Below, piece by piece: positions 1 to 8,635 of a stretch of 64,000 nt of DNA. This DNA is from Pirellulales bacterium (GTDB lineage Bacteria; Planctomycetota; Planctomycetia; Pirellulales; PALSA-1355): the NCBI GenBank assembly GCA_963733035.1, contig CAVTBU010000006.1, positions 1-64,000 of the forward strand, written 5' to 3'. Numbering within the stretch: the stretch's first letter is position 1; each line of letters opens with the position of its first letter. The notes under the pieces were generated by a model. It made no database searches, had not been told where the DNA came from, and worked only from the letters and a program-made list of their open reading frames with translations. The position numbers were made by a program, and so were the translations under genes.

Positions 1-25
1 ACTGGTTCGAGTCCAGTATCGCCCA
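1..25 (+). tRNA. 3' end of a tRNA, probably tRNA-Val (5' part outside the window)
   Basis: Perfect T-arm ACTGG-TTCGAGT-CCAGT followed by acceptor strand ATCGCCC-A. Val identity is inferred from the longer copy at 7190 that begins at anticodon GAC. Confidence 0.8.
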
Positions 26-100
26 TTCAATTCTGGCACTCGCTGGTCGCGCGTCGTGCTGAGAGTGCTGGAGTCGCGCGGACTCGTTGGCCCGACGCAT

Positions 101-780
101 TCACCCGATGAATCGGTGCAACACTAGCGCCAGGCTTGCCAGCAGCGCCACAATGGCGATCGTCCCGCCGACGTTCAGCAGCGGTGCCTTGTGGTAGGGG
201 GTCTTCAGCCAGCGGCGCAGCGTGGCGGTCAGCACCGGCAGCGCGGTCCATTGCAGGAGGCAGACGCTCAGGGCGTTATCGACGAGCCGGCAACCGGCCA
301 CACCCAGGCCCGCGATCCACGGATTGACGAGAATCGTGATCAGCATCACGGTCGGATAGAGGGCCAACAGCACGAGTAGGGCCGTCTTCCACCCCGGCAA
401 TTCCGAGGCATTGTCGTCAGACTTTTCCAATCCCGCCATCCACGTGCCGAACCCGCTCCGCACCTTCCTAACCGAATACTTGCCAATTTCTTCGCTCAAT
501 TTTGACGCGCGGCGAACTCTCTCCGGATTTTCAAACCAGCAATCCAGGCCGGACTGGTCCGCGAAGGTCATCACCATCACCCACTGGTCGGAATCCGTTG
601 CCGCGGGCGGATAAACTTCAGTCTTCAAGTAGCCAGGCGCTGCTCGCCAGCACTAGTGAAGTCTTCCAATAGCTCGACGAACCGGCTGACCAGCTCCGGC
701 GCGACGTGATGGACGATCACCAGCGACGCTTCGGCGCAACCAGGTTCGATCGCCGTAGGGCAGTCGAGAATCGTATTCAC
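101..780 (-). CDS. Antibiotic-biosynthesis-monooxygenase-like domain membrane protein, frameshifted near 640
   Basis: GGAG RBS then GTG at 780. The 625..807 and 101..628 frames join as ...EQ(A)PGYLKTEVYPP with one added base. Dimeric alpha-beta barrel-like N-terminus; C-terminal TM helices (PGWKTALLVLLALYP). Confidence 0.6.
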
Positions 781-1157
781 CCGTGGATATCTCCGAAATG
801 CCTGCAATGCACCAGGAACGACTCAGTCCCCGGCGACGCCCCGTCATGCCTTTGGGGAAACCCTACGTTTTGGGGCAATTGGGAGCAATCGCCTGGGCTG
901 TCACCGTGCGGGTCGACACGAACCTGTGTCGGTTGTCGCGACCAGGCCACCGCTTCGTGCCCTACAATCGTCAACCTCGGCGCGGCTTGCCTCGGTTCGT
1001 TGACTCGAACGGGGTGGCCCCTTATTGCTCGTGGTTCGTCCGAGCCCCAAAAGATGTTGCGCGTCTGAGGGAAGATCCGTCTCATCCTTTGCGCGCTAAC
1101 TTGTCGAGTTAAGGAAAGTGAAGAACCCCACACGACTTAGGTCCTCCAGGTCGCAAC

Positions 1158-2663
1158 ATGGACGTTTGCGACGCTGTCGCGAAGCGCAGAGCCACTCCAG
1201 GTACCGCCGTGCTGGCCGTCAGCTTCGCTGCCGCGCTGTGGCTTGGTGTCTGCGCCGCGGCTGCCGAGAGGCTGCCGTCGTCGGTCGAGGTTGCTCGTCC
1301 CGCTGATCGGGATGGCGACCGCCAGAGCCTAGTGCTGGGCGAGCCGCTGCTTTCGCGCAGCGAAGAAATTTCCGACGCGCCCCCGATCTTCTTTGTCGCC
1401 CAACTTGATGGCGGCATGCAAGGCAATTCGGCCAGCAGCACCCAATCAGCGGCAGGCGCTGGCACGAGTGGGTCGAACGGCGTCGTCTCCGGTAACCCGG
1501 GTGCGTCCAACGTGATCGTCGGCACGGGCTGGCTGGGCGACGACTTGGGAATCAATCGCAACGGCTGGCGATTTGCCGGATTGAACATTACGGATGCCAA
1601 CGGCTTGAGCGGAGGCCTGGTGCCCGGGTGGACTGGCAACACCTTGACCATCGTCGACATCTCGGTCGACACGGACGAAGCCATGGGCTGGGAGAATGGG
1701 TTGATCGGTGGGGAACTACTTTACTATTCGGGTGGTCCGACGAACGCCAACGCGGGTACCGTGTTGGACTACGAATCGCTGGACATTGCCATCCATCATC
1801 GTGCGGAGATTTTTGCGCTGTGGTACTTGCATCGCTTTTATGACGACCGCCTGTTGATTCGCATCGGCAAGACGATTCCGACGTACGATTTCAATAACGT
1901 CGTCGTCGGGTCCTCTTTCGGCGATGCGGCCTATGACATCGCGGCCGTGTCGTCGTTGCTTTTCACTCCGCTGTACCTCAGCCCGACGCAGTATGGAGTC
2001 ACGCCGGGATACTTCAACTCGGCAACCGGCGTCGTAACCACTTGGATTCCGATCGAGCACACCTACATCAAGTACGGCCTCTACGATGGCAATTTGGCCG
2101 CCGGCCGCCAGACCGGCTCGGAGGGTCCGCACTTCAACGGCTACAACCTGCACATGGTTGAGGCCGGCTGCAGTTGGGGCCACGGCAAAGACCAACTGAC
2201 CGGCAAGTTCGGCGCGGGTTATTGGGCCCAGACCGGAGTGCTGCAGGCGGCCAGCGGACCGGTCACTGGAGCGCAGGGCATTTACCTGTTTGGATCGCAG
2301 CGCCTTACCTACGAGCATCCCGGGGTCACGAACGAAGGGCTGTCGATGTACTTCCAATTCGCCGGCACGAACTCCCCCTTCGTCGACACGCACCGCTATT
2401 TTGGAGTCGGCCTCACGTACATTGGGCCGTTGCCCAGCCGCGACAACGATTCGGTCGGCTGGGGCCTGGCCTACGGCAAGATGAACGACGATCCGGCTCT
2501 CGACCTCGGTGCCGACGAGGCCATCCTGAGCTGGTACTACCAGTGGATGGTCGGGCCCAACTGCTTTCTGCAGCCGAACATCACCTACATTCCGAACCCG
2601 GCTGCCTCGCCTGATATCCCCAGCGCGCTTCCGGTTACGCTACGCGCGATCCTGCTGTTTTAA
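1158..2663 (+). CDS. OprB-family carbohydrate-selective porin
   Basis: Signal-like hydrophobic segment, RIGK and GPLPSRDNDSVG motifs, LQPNITYIPNP strand, terminal Phe. Start position uncertain. Confidence 0.8.
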   Translation: MDVCDAVAKRRATPGTAVLAVSFAAALWLGVCAAAAERLPSSVEVARPADRDGDRQSLVLGEPLLSRSEEISDAPPIFFVAQLDGGMQGNSASSTQSAAGAGTSGSNGVVSGNPGASNVIVGTGWLGDDLGINRNGWRFAGLNITDANGLSGGLVPGWTGNTLTIVDISVDTDEAMGWENGLIGGELLYYSGGPTNANAGTVLDYESLDIAIHHRAEIFALWYLHRFYDDRLLIRIGKTIPTYDFNNVVVGSSFGDAAYDIAAVSSLLFTPLYLSPTQYGVTPGYFNSATGVVTTWIPIEHTYIKYGLYDGNLAAGRQTGSEGPHFNGYNLHMVEAGCSWGHGKDQLTGKFGAGYWAQTGVLQAASGPVTGAQGIYLFGSQRLTYEHPGVTNEGLSMYFQFAGTNSPFVDTHRYFGVGLTYIGPLPSRDNDSVGWGLAYGKMNDDPALDLGADEAILSWYYQWMVGPNCFLQPNITYIPNPAASPDIPSALPVTLRAILLF

Positions 2664-2774
2664 GCAGGCACGGAGTGGAACGGCCGGGCTACTTTCATTG
2701 CCGGTCGTCGCGTAGCTATTGCTCGCGGTTGCGTGAACGGCAGCGTGCCAGTCTGATGGTTGATCAACTTCCAC

Positions 2775-3254
2775 TCACCGTTCTGTTGCCGACGCAGGCT
2801 CCACGAACTTGACGGCTTTCTCATAAATCAGCAGTGCCACGCAGCCACTCTTGCTACCGGGCGAGTGTCTTGTGCCGGGTGGGTTGATGATGAAGCTGCC
2901 GGCCGGATACGTGCCGCGTTCATCGAACTGGTCGCCCTGAAGAACGTAGATGTGCTCATAGCCAACGTGCTCGTGCTCCGGTACGCGGGCGCCAGGCTCG
3001 TAGCGAAGCAGGACCGCTGCCGGTCCGCCGTCGGGTTCTTTATACAGCCAATGCGCCATGACGCCGGGGCGGAACGGCTCCCAGCCATTCGTCTCATCGA
3101 GGTGCTCGACCTCATCCAACAGATTGTGAAAGACGAGTGGAGCCTCGAGAACTTTCAGATCGCTTGGCGCGACGTTGCTGCCGTCACCGGCTGAAACCGT
3201 TGCCGCGAACACCACCGCAAGCGCTGCCGCTAGAATGACAATGGATATCTTCAT
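2775..3254 (-). CDS. ChrR-like cupin protein with signal peptide
   Basis: LLRYEPGARVPEHEHVGYEH...G...NPPGTRHSP cupin motifs. N-terminus MKISIVILAAALAVVFAATVSA. Confidence 0.8.
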   Translation of the reverse strand: MKISIVILAAALAVVFAATVSAGDGSNVAPSDLKVLEAPLVFHNLLDEVEHLDETNGWEPFRPGVMAHWLYKEPDGGPAAVLLRYEPGARVPEHEHVGYEHIYVLQGDQFDERGTYPAGSFIINPPGTRHSPGSKSGCVALLIYEKAVKFVEPASATER

Positions 3255-3336
3255 TTCCAACGTCCTGGGAGGATCAGGCCGATCTCTGCATGGCGTACTT
3301 GGGTGACTGCCGCATGTCTGATTCGATCGTTCCGCG

Positions 3337-3711
3337 TCACTCGCGTTCTACGAACTTGACAGCCTTTTCGTAGATCAGCAGTGCCACGCAGCCGCCCTTG
3401 CTGCCGGGCGAGTGCTTTGTGCCGGGTGGGTTGATGAGGAAAGTTCCGGCCGGGTACGAACCCTCTTCATCGAACTGATCGCCTTCCAGGACCAGCAAGT
3501 GCTCGTAGCCGACATGTTCGTGGAGGGCAACTCGGGCCCCCGGCTCGTAGCGGAGCAGCACGGCGGCCGGACCACCGTTGCCTTCGTTGTACAGCCACTG
3601 CGCGGTAACGCCGGGACGAAACGGTTGCCAGGCATCCGAATGGCGCAACTCTTCGACTTTTTTAAACAGGTTTGGAACGACGATGGGAGCAGTTACGGTT
3701 AGAGTTGTCAT
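3337..3711 (-). CDS. ChrR-like cupin protein, cytoplasmic
   Basis: LLRYEPGARVALHEHVGYEH...NPPGTKHSP. GGAG RBS before ATG 3711. No signal peptide. Confidence 0.85.
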   Translation of the reverse strand: MTTLTVTAPIVVPNLFKKVEELRHSDAWQPFRPGVTAQWLYNEGNGGPAAVLLRYEPGARVALHEHVGYEHLLVLEGDQFDEEGSYPAGTFLINPPGTKHSPGSKGGCVALLIYEKAVKFVERE

Positions 3712-3733
3712 CGTTCGTATCTCCGGAATAGGG

Positions 3734-4708
3734 CTAAGCAAATTGTGATGTCGCGTTGGATTTGGGCTGACGTGCCGCGGGCGAGCTCGCGGCCGGCAAG
3801 ACCGTGAACCAATGGTCTTCGAACCAGCCCAAGCCCAACATTAGCCAAGTGGTCAGTACAAAGGGCGCCGAGAGGGTTTGGATGCCGAATTGGGCGACGA
3901 ACGGGGTCAAAATCGTGGCCAGCAGTGCTCCCAGAATGGAAAGTCTAAGTTTGCCGCCGCAAAAGACGAAGACGGCAACGGCCGTCAAAACACCGTTGAA
4001 TCCGTAGAGGCCGAAATTGACGTCGGCCGGATTCATATCGCGGTAGTAGTAGACCACCGTAGTTCCAATCATGGCGCCGAAGATGGCGATCAGGCCGTGC
4101 CGCCAATTGCTCAGCAGCACTCCCGCGGCAAACAACAGACCGGACCAGATGCTGGGTGAGAACACCGCCTGTGCCAGACCAGAGAGCACCGCTATGACCG
4201 GCTCAAAGCCCGTCGCCGCCGGTGGCACCAGGGCGATTTGTTGCAGCACGCCGAAGTGGGGAGCCAAGGCATGCAGAATCCAAAAAATGATTAGATACGG
4301 CAGCACAAGCGTCGGAAACGGCAAGACCGCAATGCATATGCGTACCAATACCACGGCGCTAACGACGCAGGCCAACAGCACCAACCACATTCCGACATTC
4401 GTCCAACCGGTTTCGAAAAAAGCCGGTAGCGCCAGCGCTACCATGCAGGGATTGAGTCCCGGCATACCCGTTTCCAGCACGGCGGGCTTCTCTCTCAGCA
4501 GCATGCGGGCCGCGGGCGCGAGAGTCGCGGCCACCAGTAGGTAGGCAGCGGCAATCGGCGATGCCACGAGCACGGCCACGAGGAAGAACAGACCCGTCAA
4601 CTCGTTGGACTGGAAGCAAAGTTGGGAGCAGCCCCTCAGCACGATCCGACAGTAGGGAACCTGGCCGTGCTCTATGGGCGGAAATACGATATTAACGGGA
4701 CTGCGCAT
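3734..4708 (-). CDS. Urea transporter (UT/Yut family)
   Basis: About 10 TM helices; LRGCSQLCFQSN, GLYGFNGVL, LPY and LSAPFVLTTW motifs with the internal duplication typical of UT channels. Confidence 0.85.
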   Translation of the reverse strand: MRSPVNIVFPPIEHGQVPYCRIVLRGCSQLCFQSNELTGLFFLVAVLVASPIAAAYLLVAATLAPAARMLLREKPAVLETGMPGLNPCMVALALPAFFETGWTNVGMWLVLLACVVSAVVLVRICIAVLPFPTLVLPYLIIFWILHALAPHFGVLQQIALVPPAATGFEPVIAVLSGLAQAVFSPSIWSGLLFAAGVLLSNWRHGLIAIFGAMIGTTVVYYYRDMNPADVNFGLYGFNGVLTAVAVFVFCGGKLRLSILGALLATILTPFVAQFGIQTLSAPFVLTTWLMLGLGWFEDHWFTVLPAASSPAARQPKSNATSQFA

Positions 4709-4738
4709 TGAAACGCTCCAGATTCGTGCCACCCGGCG

Positions 4739-5173
4739 CTACTCGTGGAGCGCCGGAGTCGCCTCTCGCACTTCTGTCAGCGGTCGCTGGCGGGTGGAAT
4801 TCCAGTAGAGCCGCCAATCTCCGTACGCTGAGATATCGAGCTGCTTGTGCTCGGCAAGTTCGCGGGGGTAGAGGATGCCGTACACCTCGCGTCCGTCTTC
4901 GAGCTTGACCCGGCCGCGGTACAGGTGGGGAGGTTCACCCGCCTCGATTTTCTTCCAGGTTTCCTCGCTTACGCGATACAACTCTCCGGTGACGGCCACG
5001 CCGCCGGTCTCGCCATCTGCGAGGCGAAACATGCCGGGGTGGATGTCGTTAATCGAATAGAGCCGATATCGTGGCTCCGTTTTGAATTCGCCGAGGAACT
5101 TTGAGTCGCCCATGTTCTTCTGCAAGGCCAACCCTCGCATCAGCGTTCCGTTGACAAACAGCTCGAAACACAT
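4739..5173 (-). CDS. Stand-alone allophanate hydrolase C-terminal-like / gamma-glutamylcyclotransferase-fold protein
   Basis: LFVNGTLMRGL, TEPRYRLYS, HPGM, GELY, EPPHL, DISAYGDWR. RBS before ATG 5173. Confidence 0.75.
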   Translation of the reverse strand: MCFELFVNGTLMRGLALQKNMGDSKFLGEFKTEPRYRLYSINDIHPGMFRLADGETGGVAVTGELYRVSEETWKKIEAGEPPHLYRGRVKLEDGREVYGILYPRELAEHKQLDISAYGDWRLYWNSTRQRPLTEVREATPALHE

Positions 5174-5192
5174 TGCGTTTCCCTTTTTGGAG

Positions 5193-5231
5193 GGTCCCCA
5201 TTCCGCGCGACATGCGCGCGGAATGGGGACC
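5193..5231. other. Perfect 17-bp inverted repeat (intercistronic hairpin)
   Basis: GGTCCCCATTCCGCGCG-acatg-CGCGCGGAATGGGGACC. Confidence 0.85.
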
Positions 5232-5279
5232 GCCGCAGCGGCTAAGACACAAAGTACGACAACGGTCGATCGCATCGAA

Positions 5280-6011
5280 CTAACCGACCGTCGCCAGTTC
5301 CTTGGCTTCGGCCGGAGCGTTGCTTTCGTTCCGGATGGTCGCCAGCAGATCGGCCGAAATTGCATGAGCGCCGAATACGCCACCCTGCATCGTGATCATG
5401 TTGAGCGCTGCCTGGTGATTGCGTGGGTCCGTGGCGGCCGTGCAGTCGCTGAGCAACAGACATTCGTACCCGCGGTCGTTCGCTTCACGCATTGTGGTGT
5501 GAACGCAAACGTCGGTGGTCACGCCCGTTAGAATGATGTTCTTGACGCCCGCTAGTTGGAGCAGCATATCGAAGTCCGTGGCGTAGAAGGATCCCTTGCC
5601 AGGTTTTTCGATAATGTGTTCGCCTTCCAGCGGGTAGAGTTCGGGAATGATGTCCCAGCCCTTTTCGCCGCGGACGAGGAGTCGGCCACATGGCCCGTTG
5701 TCGCCGATGCCGGTTCCGCCGCCGATCTGCCGCGAGCGCCACCGCTTGTTAGCCGGTAGGTCTGACAGGTCAGGCCGATGTCCTTCCCGCGTGTGGAAGA
5801 TGTGAAAACCTTGTTTGCGGAACTCGTTCAAAACGCGTTTGATCGGCTCGATGGGAGCACGTGTGAGCGAAAGGTCGTATCCCATCGTCGATACGTAACC
5901 GCCCTCGGCGCAGAAATCCGTCTGCATATCGATCACGACTAGCGCCGTGTTTTCAGGCCGCAAGTCTCCGTTGTACGGCCAAGCGTAGGGGTGTGCGTTA
6001 ACATGTGACAT
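5280..6011 (-). CDS. biuH: Biuret hydrolase-like cysteine hydrolase (isochorismatase family)
   Basis: [48 protein letters not shown] match the BiuH residue pattern. AAGGAG RBS. Confidence 0.8.
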   Translation of the reverse strand: MSHVNAHPYAWPYNGDLRPENTALVVIDMQTDFCAEGGYVSTMGYDLSLTRAPIEPIKRVLNEFRKQGFHIFHTREGHRPDLSDLPANKRWRSRQIGGGTGIGDNGPCGRLLVRGEKGWDIIPELYPLEGEHIIEKPGKGSFYATDFDMLLQLAGVKNIILTGVTTDVCVHTTMREANDRGYECLLLSDCTAATDPRNHQAALNMITMQGGVFGAHAISADLLATIRNESNAPAEAKELATVG

Positions 6012-6085
6012 GGATTGCTCCTTTGCATGTGTTTGGGATCGCAACCAGAACAACAGGAAATAGCTCGTAGACTCCCGACGTGTGC

Positions 6086-6787
6086 CTACGCAAACGCGGG
6101 TTCGGCAAAGTTCGGGTTGGCCTCCGCTTCCAAGAGATCCAGCAAGGCCTCTGACTTGCAGGTCCAACCGATGATGCCGCCTTGCGCGGTCAACGCCTTG
6201 AGCGTGACAGCCTTGAACTCGGGAAAGTAGCTGTCCGTTCCGTCCTCGATGAGCAGACAATCGTAGCCGCGGTCGTTCGCGCATCGCATGGTCGTTTGAA
6301 CGCAGACGTCCGTCGTGACACCTGTGATCACGAGGTTGGAGATATTGCGCCGGATGAGGTATTCGTGGAGTTCCGTTGCATAGAACGCGTCCTTTCCGGG
6401 CTTGGAGAGTACCAACTCTCCTTCGATGGGCGCGTTGTCCGGCACGAAATCCGAGCCTTCTTCTCCGTCAATCAGAATCCGACCCATCGGGCCCACGTCG
6501 CCGATCTTGAGTTTCGGGTTGCCGCGAAGACGTTTCGCGGTGGGAAGATCGGAGAGATCCGGTTTGTGGCATTCCTTGGTGTGAATCACCGGCAGGCCAG
6601 CTCTGCGGAAAGCGGATTGCAACTCGGCGATCACCGGGATGCAAGCCTGTACGTTGCTGATGTCGTTGCCCAACGAGTCGGCAAATCCACCGGGCAGACA
6701 GAAGTCGCGCTGCATGTCGATGCAGATGAGCGCAACGTGGTTGAAGTCGAACTCGTACGAAAACGGCTTCGCGTTGATCGTCGGCAT
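6086..6787 (-). CDS. trtA: Triuret hydrolase-like cysteine hydrolase (isochorismatase family)
   Basis: [45 protein letters not shown] match the TrtA pattern (F/L/N/W). Adjacent to biuH. Confidence 0.7.
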   Translation of the reverse strand: MPTINAKPFSYEFDFNHVALICIDMQRDFCLPGGFADSLGNDISNVQACIPVIAELQSAFRRAGLPVIHTKECHKPDLSDLPTAKRLRGNPKLKIGDVGPMGRILIDGEEGSDFVPDNAPIEGELVLSKPGKDAFYATELHEYLIRRNISNLVITGVTTDVCVQTTMRCANDRGYDCLLIEDGTDSYFPEFKAVTLKALTAQGGIIGWTCKSEALLDLLEAEANPNFAEPAFA

Positions 6788-6885
6788 GATTCAAATGCTC
6801 CTTTTCTGCCCCGGCGCGAGCGTCCTGGTTCATGGAAGCCACGCGAGCGCTGGGCGTTTACAGATAAACAAGTATTCGCAGGCCA

Positions 6886-6952
6886 GCGGGCGGTCGTGTC
6901 AGCCTGAGTGTCCTGTTCAAGAAGCACTACGGCGACCACATCACTCAGTCCC
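6886..6952 (-). promoter_or_regulatory. Candidate structured leader RNA (guanidine-III/ykkC-III-like variant)
   Basis: mRNA stem CUGAGUG/CACUCAG. Loop GUGGUCG is complementary to downstream CGACCGC. Motifs CGCCGUA and GACACGAC are present. Confidence 0.3.
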
Positions 6953-7189
6953 ACCCCATTGGCCGTGTTGAACTATAGGTCGGGCTGGGAGGGCAAGGCC
7001 TTGATCCGATGAAGCCGGCGCAACGGCTAAGAATTCCGCTACGTGTTAAGTCGACTATGCCTTTGAGGGCGATATTCCGGGTAACGAGAGCCCCGGTCCA
7101 GAATACTTGCCAAGACGTGGAAATCCTGGAAAAAGCGGAAATCGCAACCCTTTTTTTGCCAGGGTTTGTAGGTTCACTGAGGCGATCGC

Positions 7190-7229
7190 GACAAGCTAGG
7201 GGTCACTGGTTCGAGTCCCGTATCGCCCA
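7190..7229 (+). repeat. Duplicated 3' half of tRNA-Val(GAC), att-like direct repeat
   Basis: GAC-AA-GCTAG-GGGTC-ACTGG-TTCGAGT-CCCGT-ATCGCCC-A. Begins at the anticodon, no D-arm upstream, one T-stem mismatch. Confidence 0.8.
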
Positions 7230-7843
7230 CTTTTCCAAAGGGCTCTCGCCAAGTGGTTTGAGCGAACGCATGAAGGGCTCGACTCCTCGGTCTGACGGGT
7301 CTCGGACTGCCTAAGACAGACTAAGCGGCTGCGATTTTCGATGAAGAATCGCCCACGGTCGGAGTATTTCCTCTTGGCGATATGCAGGGGAACTAGCCGT
7401 TCAAGTGTCACGTCGGCGGTCGCGAGCGCGAAACCGAAAAATGCGATTGTGTGCCAGCATCGACTGCCAACAAATCCAGCCTGGCACCAAAGGATTTGGA
7501 AGCTGAGCGGAAATCGCAGGTGGATTCTGGCCGGGGATTGAGCGAGCCAAAGGCCATCGGGAAGCCTCGGTTTACGGATCGGCAGATTACCGTGGCAGCT
7601 TAGCAGAACGGTTTTCCGAATGTCTGACGAGATGTGACGAACCACCGAAGCCTGACCGGCGTCTATGGTTTTGGTATCGCTTCGCTTTTGACGCCCGGCT
7701 GTTCGCTCGCCACTGGCTGTCAAAGCTCGGCGTCGTACGGCCGTTGGGCTCTTTTGTTGGTTTGGTGCGACGGCGGTTGCTGGTTCGATTCCTCGGCGAG
7801 GCATCCAAAAGCGGTGCGTTGGAGCGCGAGTGATGGTGTTGAG

Positions 7844-8242
7844 ATGCCTACCTACGTGCGATTTGAAACGCCTTACCGATGTGAATCGAGTTGCCAGCCC
7901 TTGGGGATATTTCAGGCGGCGTCGCGGGTCGAGGTGCGCTCACAGCTATCTGACTGGACGCGGGAGTGGTTGCACGACTCACTCGACTGGTTCATCGAGA
8001 ACCTGCCTTTACCACAATTTGACAAGCACGATCGGCGGGCCATCTTCTGGTTTCGTCCGCAGTCGGATGTGGTTCGAGAGATCTGGCAATTGGTCGCGAT
8101 TCTTCGAGAGGAAGGCGTTCCGGTCGGCGTGCGAACCACGAGGATACCGGGCCGAATCGTTTATCACGACAAGTTTCAGATCGCGGCGATCCCGTATGGC
8201 CACGGACGCCGCCGCAAGCCAAGTTTGCCACAGCTCATCTAG
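7844..8242 (+). CDS. Hypothetical protein (132 aa)
   Basis: Globular, aromatic-rich ORF (YVRF..GIFQAA..WF..NLPLP..AIFWF..PGRIVYHDKFQIAA). No function recognised. Confidence 0.6.
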   Translation: MPTYVRFETPYRCESSCQPLGIFQAASRVEVRSQLSDWTREWLHDSLDWFIENLPLPQFDKHDRRAIFWFRPQSDVVREIWQLVAILREEGVPVGVRTTRIPGRIVYHDKFQIAAIPYGHGRRRKPSLPQLI

Positions 8243-8315
8243 TCCTTAGGGTGTGCCGGATTCGCATGCGACCCTGCGACGGTTCGGGACCAGGTTCGAT
8301 TGCTGGCGGGGACCT
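8241..8315 (+). tRNA. Degenerate tRNA-like element, anticodon GCG (Arg)
   Basis: Acceptor GTCCTT/GGGGAC; D-arm GTGTG-CCGGATT-CGCAT; anticodon arm CGACC-CTGCGAC-GGT(T)CG; T-arm CCAGG-TTCGATT-GCTGG with one mismatch. Confidence 0.55.
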
Positions 8316-8635
8316 TCTCAACGTGATGCAAAGCCAGAGAGCCTGGCGTCTGCCCGGGGCACCGCCGGGACCGACAAGCTTTGATCCCTGAACCTACCCG
8401 AGATTCAGGGACCCACGATCGACCAAGGCAAGTGCGAAAGCCCGCGATTGACCGCTCGGCCGAATCACTTCGAACGCAACTTTGCGAGGTGGCGCGGCCG
8501 GGTTGCCAGGGAACCGCTCACGCTCGATAATCGGGTCTCAATCCCGATCGCACCGGACTTCTGACGGCGATTCAGGAAGGACTGTTCGTTCGACCGGCCA
8601 AGCATCTTGTACTCCATCCCAATGAGGAACCACCG

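Larger units (their letters stand above)
1..7229. mobile_element. tRNA-anchored genomic islet (~7.2 kb), no integrase visible
   Basis: Bases 1-25 match 7205-7229 at 24/25 as a direct repeat of a tRNA 3' end, enclosing a coherent catabolic cargo. Confidence 0.65.

Noticed and set aside
625..645. Selenocysteine readthrough or programmed frameshift at the split genes
   Set aside because: Continuation needs a frame change and no slippery heptamer is evident; an indel error is simpler.
6790..7190. Guanidine-I or guanidine-II riboswitch, or sigma-54 promoter, upstream of trtA
   Set aside because: No ykkC-I core, no twin ACGR hairpins and no GG-N10-GC consensus found.
7181..7229. Intact tRNA gene at the distal repeat
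   Set aside because: The D-arm and 5' anticodon stem are missing. GGCGAT at 7181 could pair with the acceptor strand but is too close.
8385..8411. 8-bp inverted repeat TCCCTGAA/TTCAGGGA as a terminator
   Set aside because: It has an 11-nt loop and no U-tract, so it is too weak to call.
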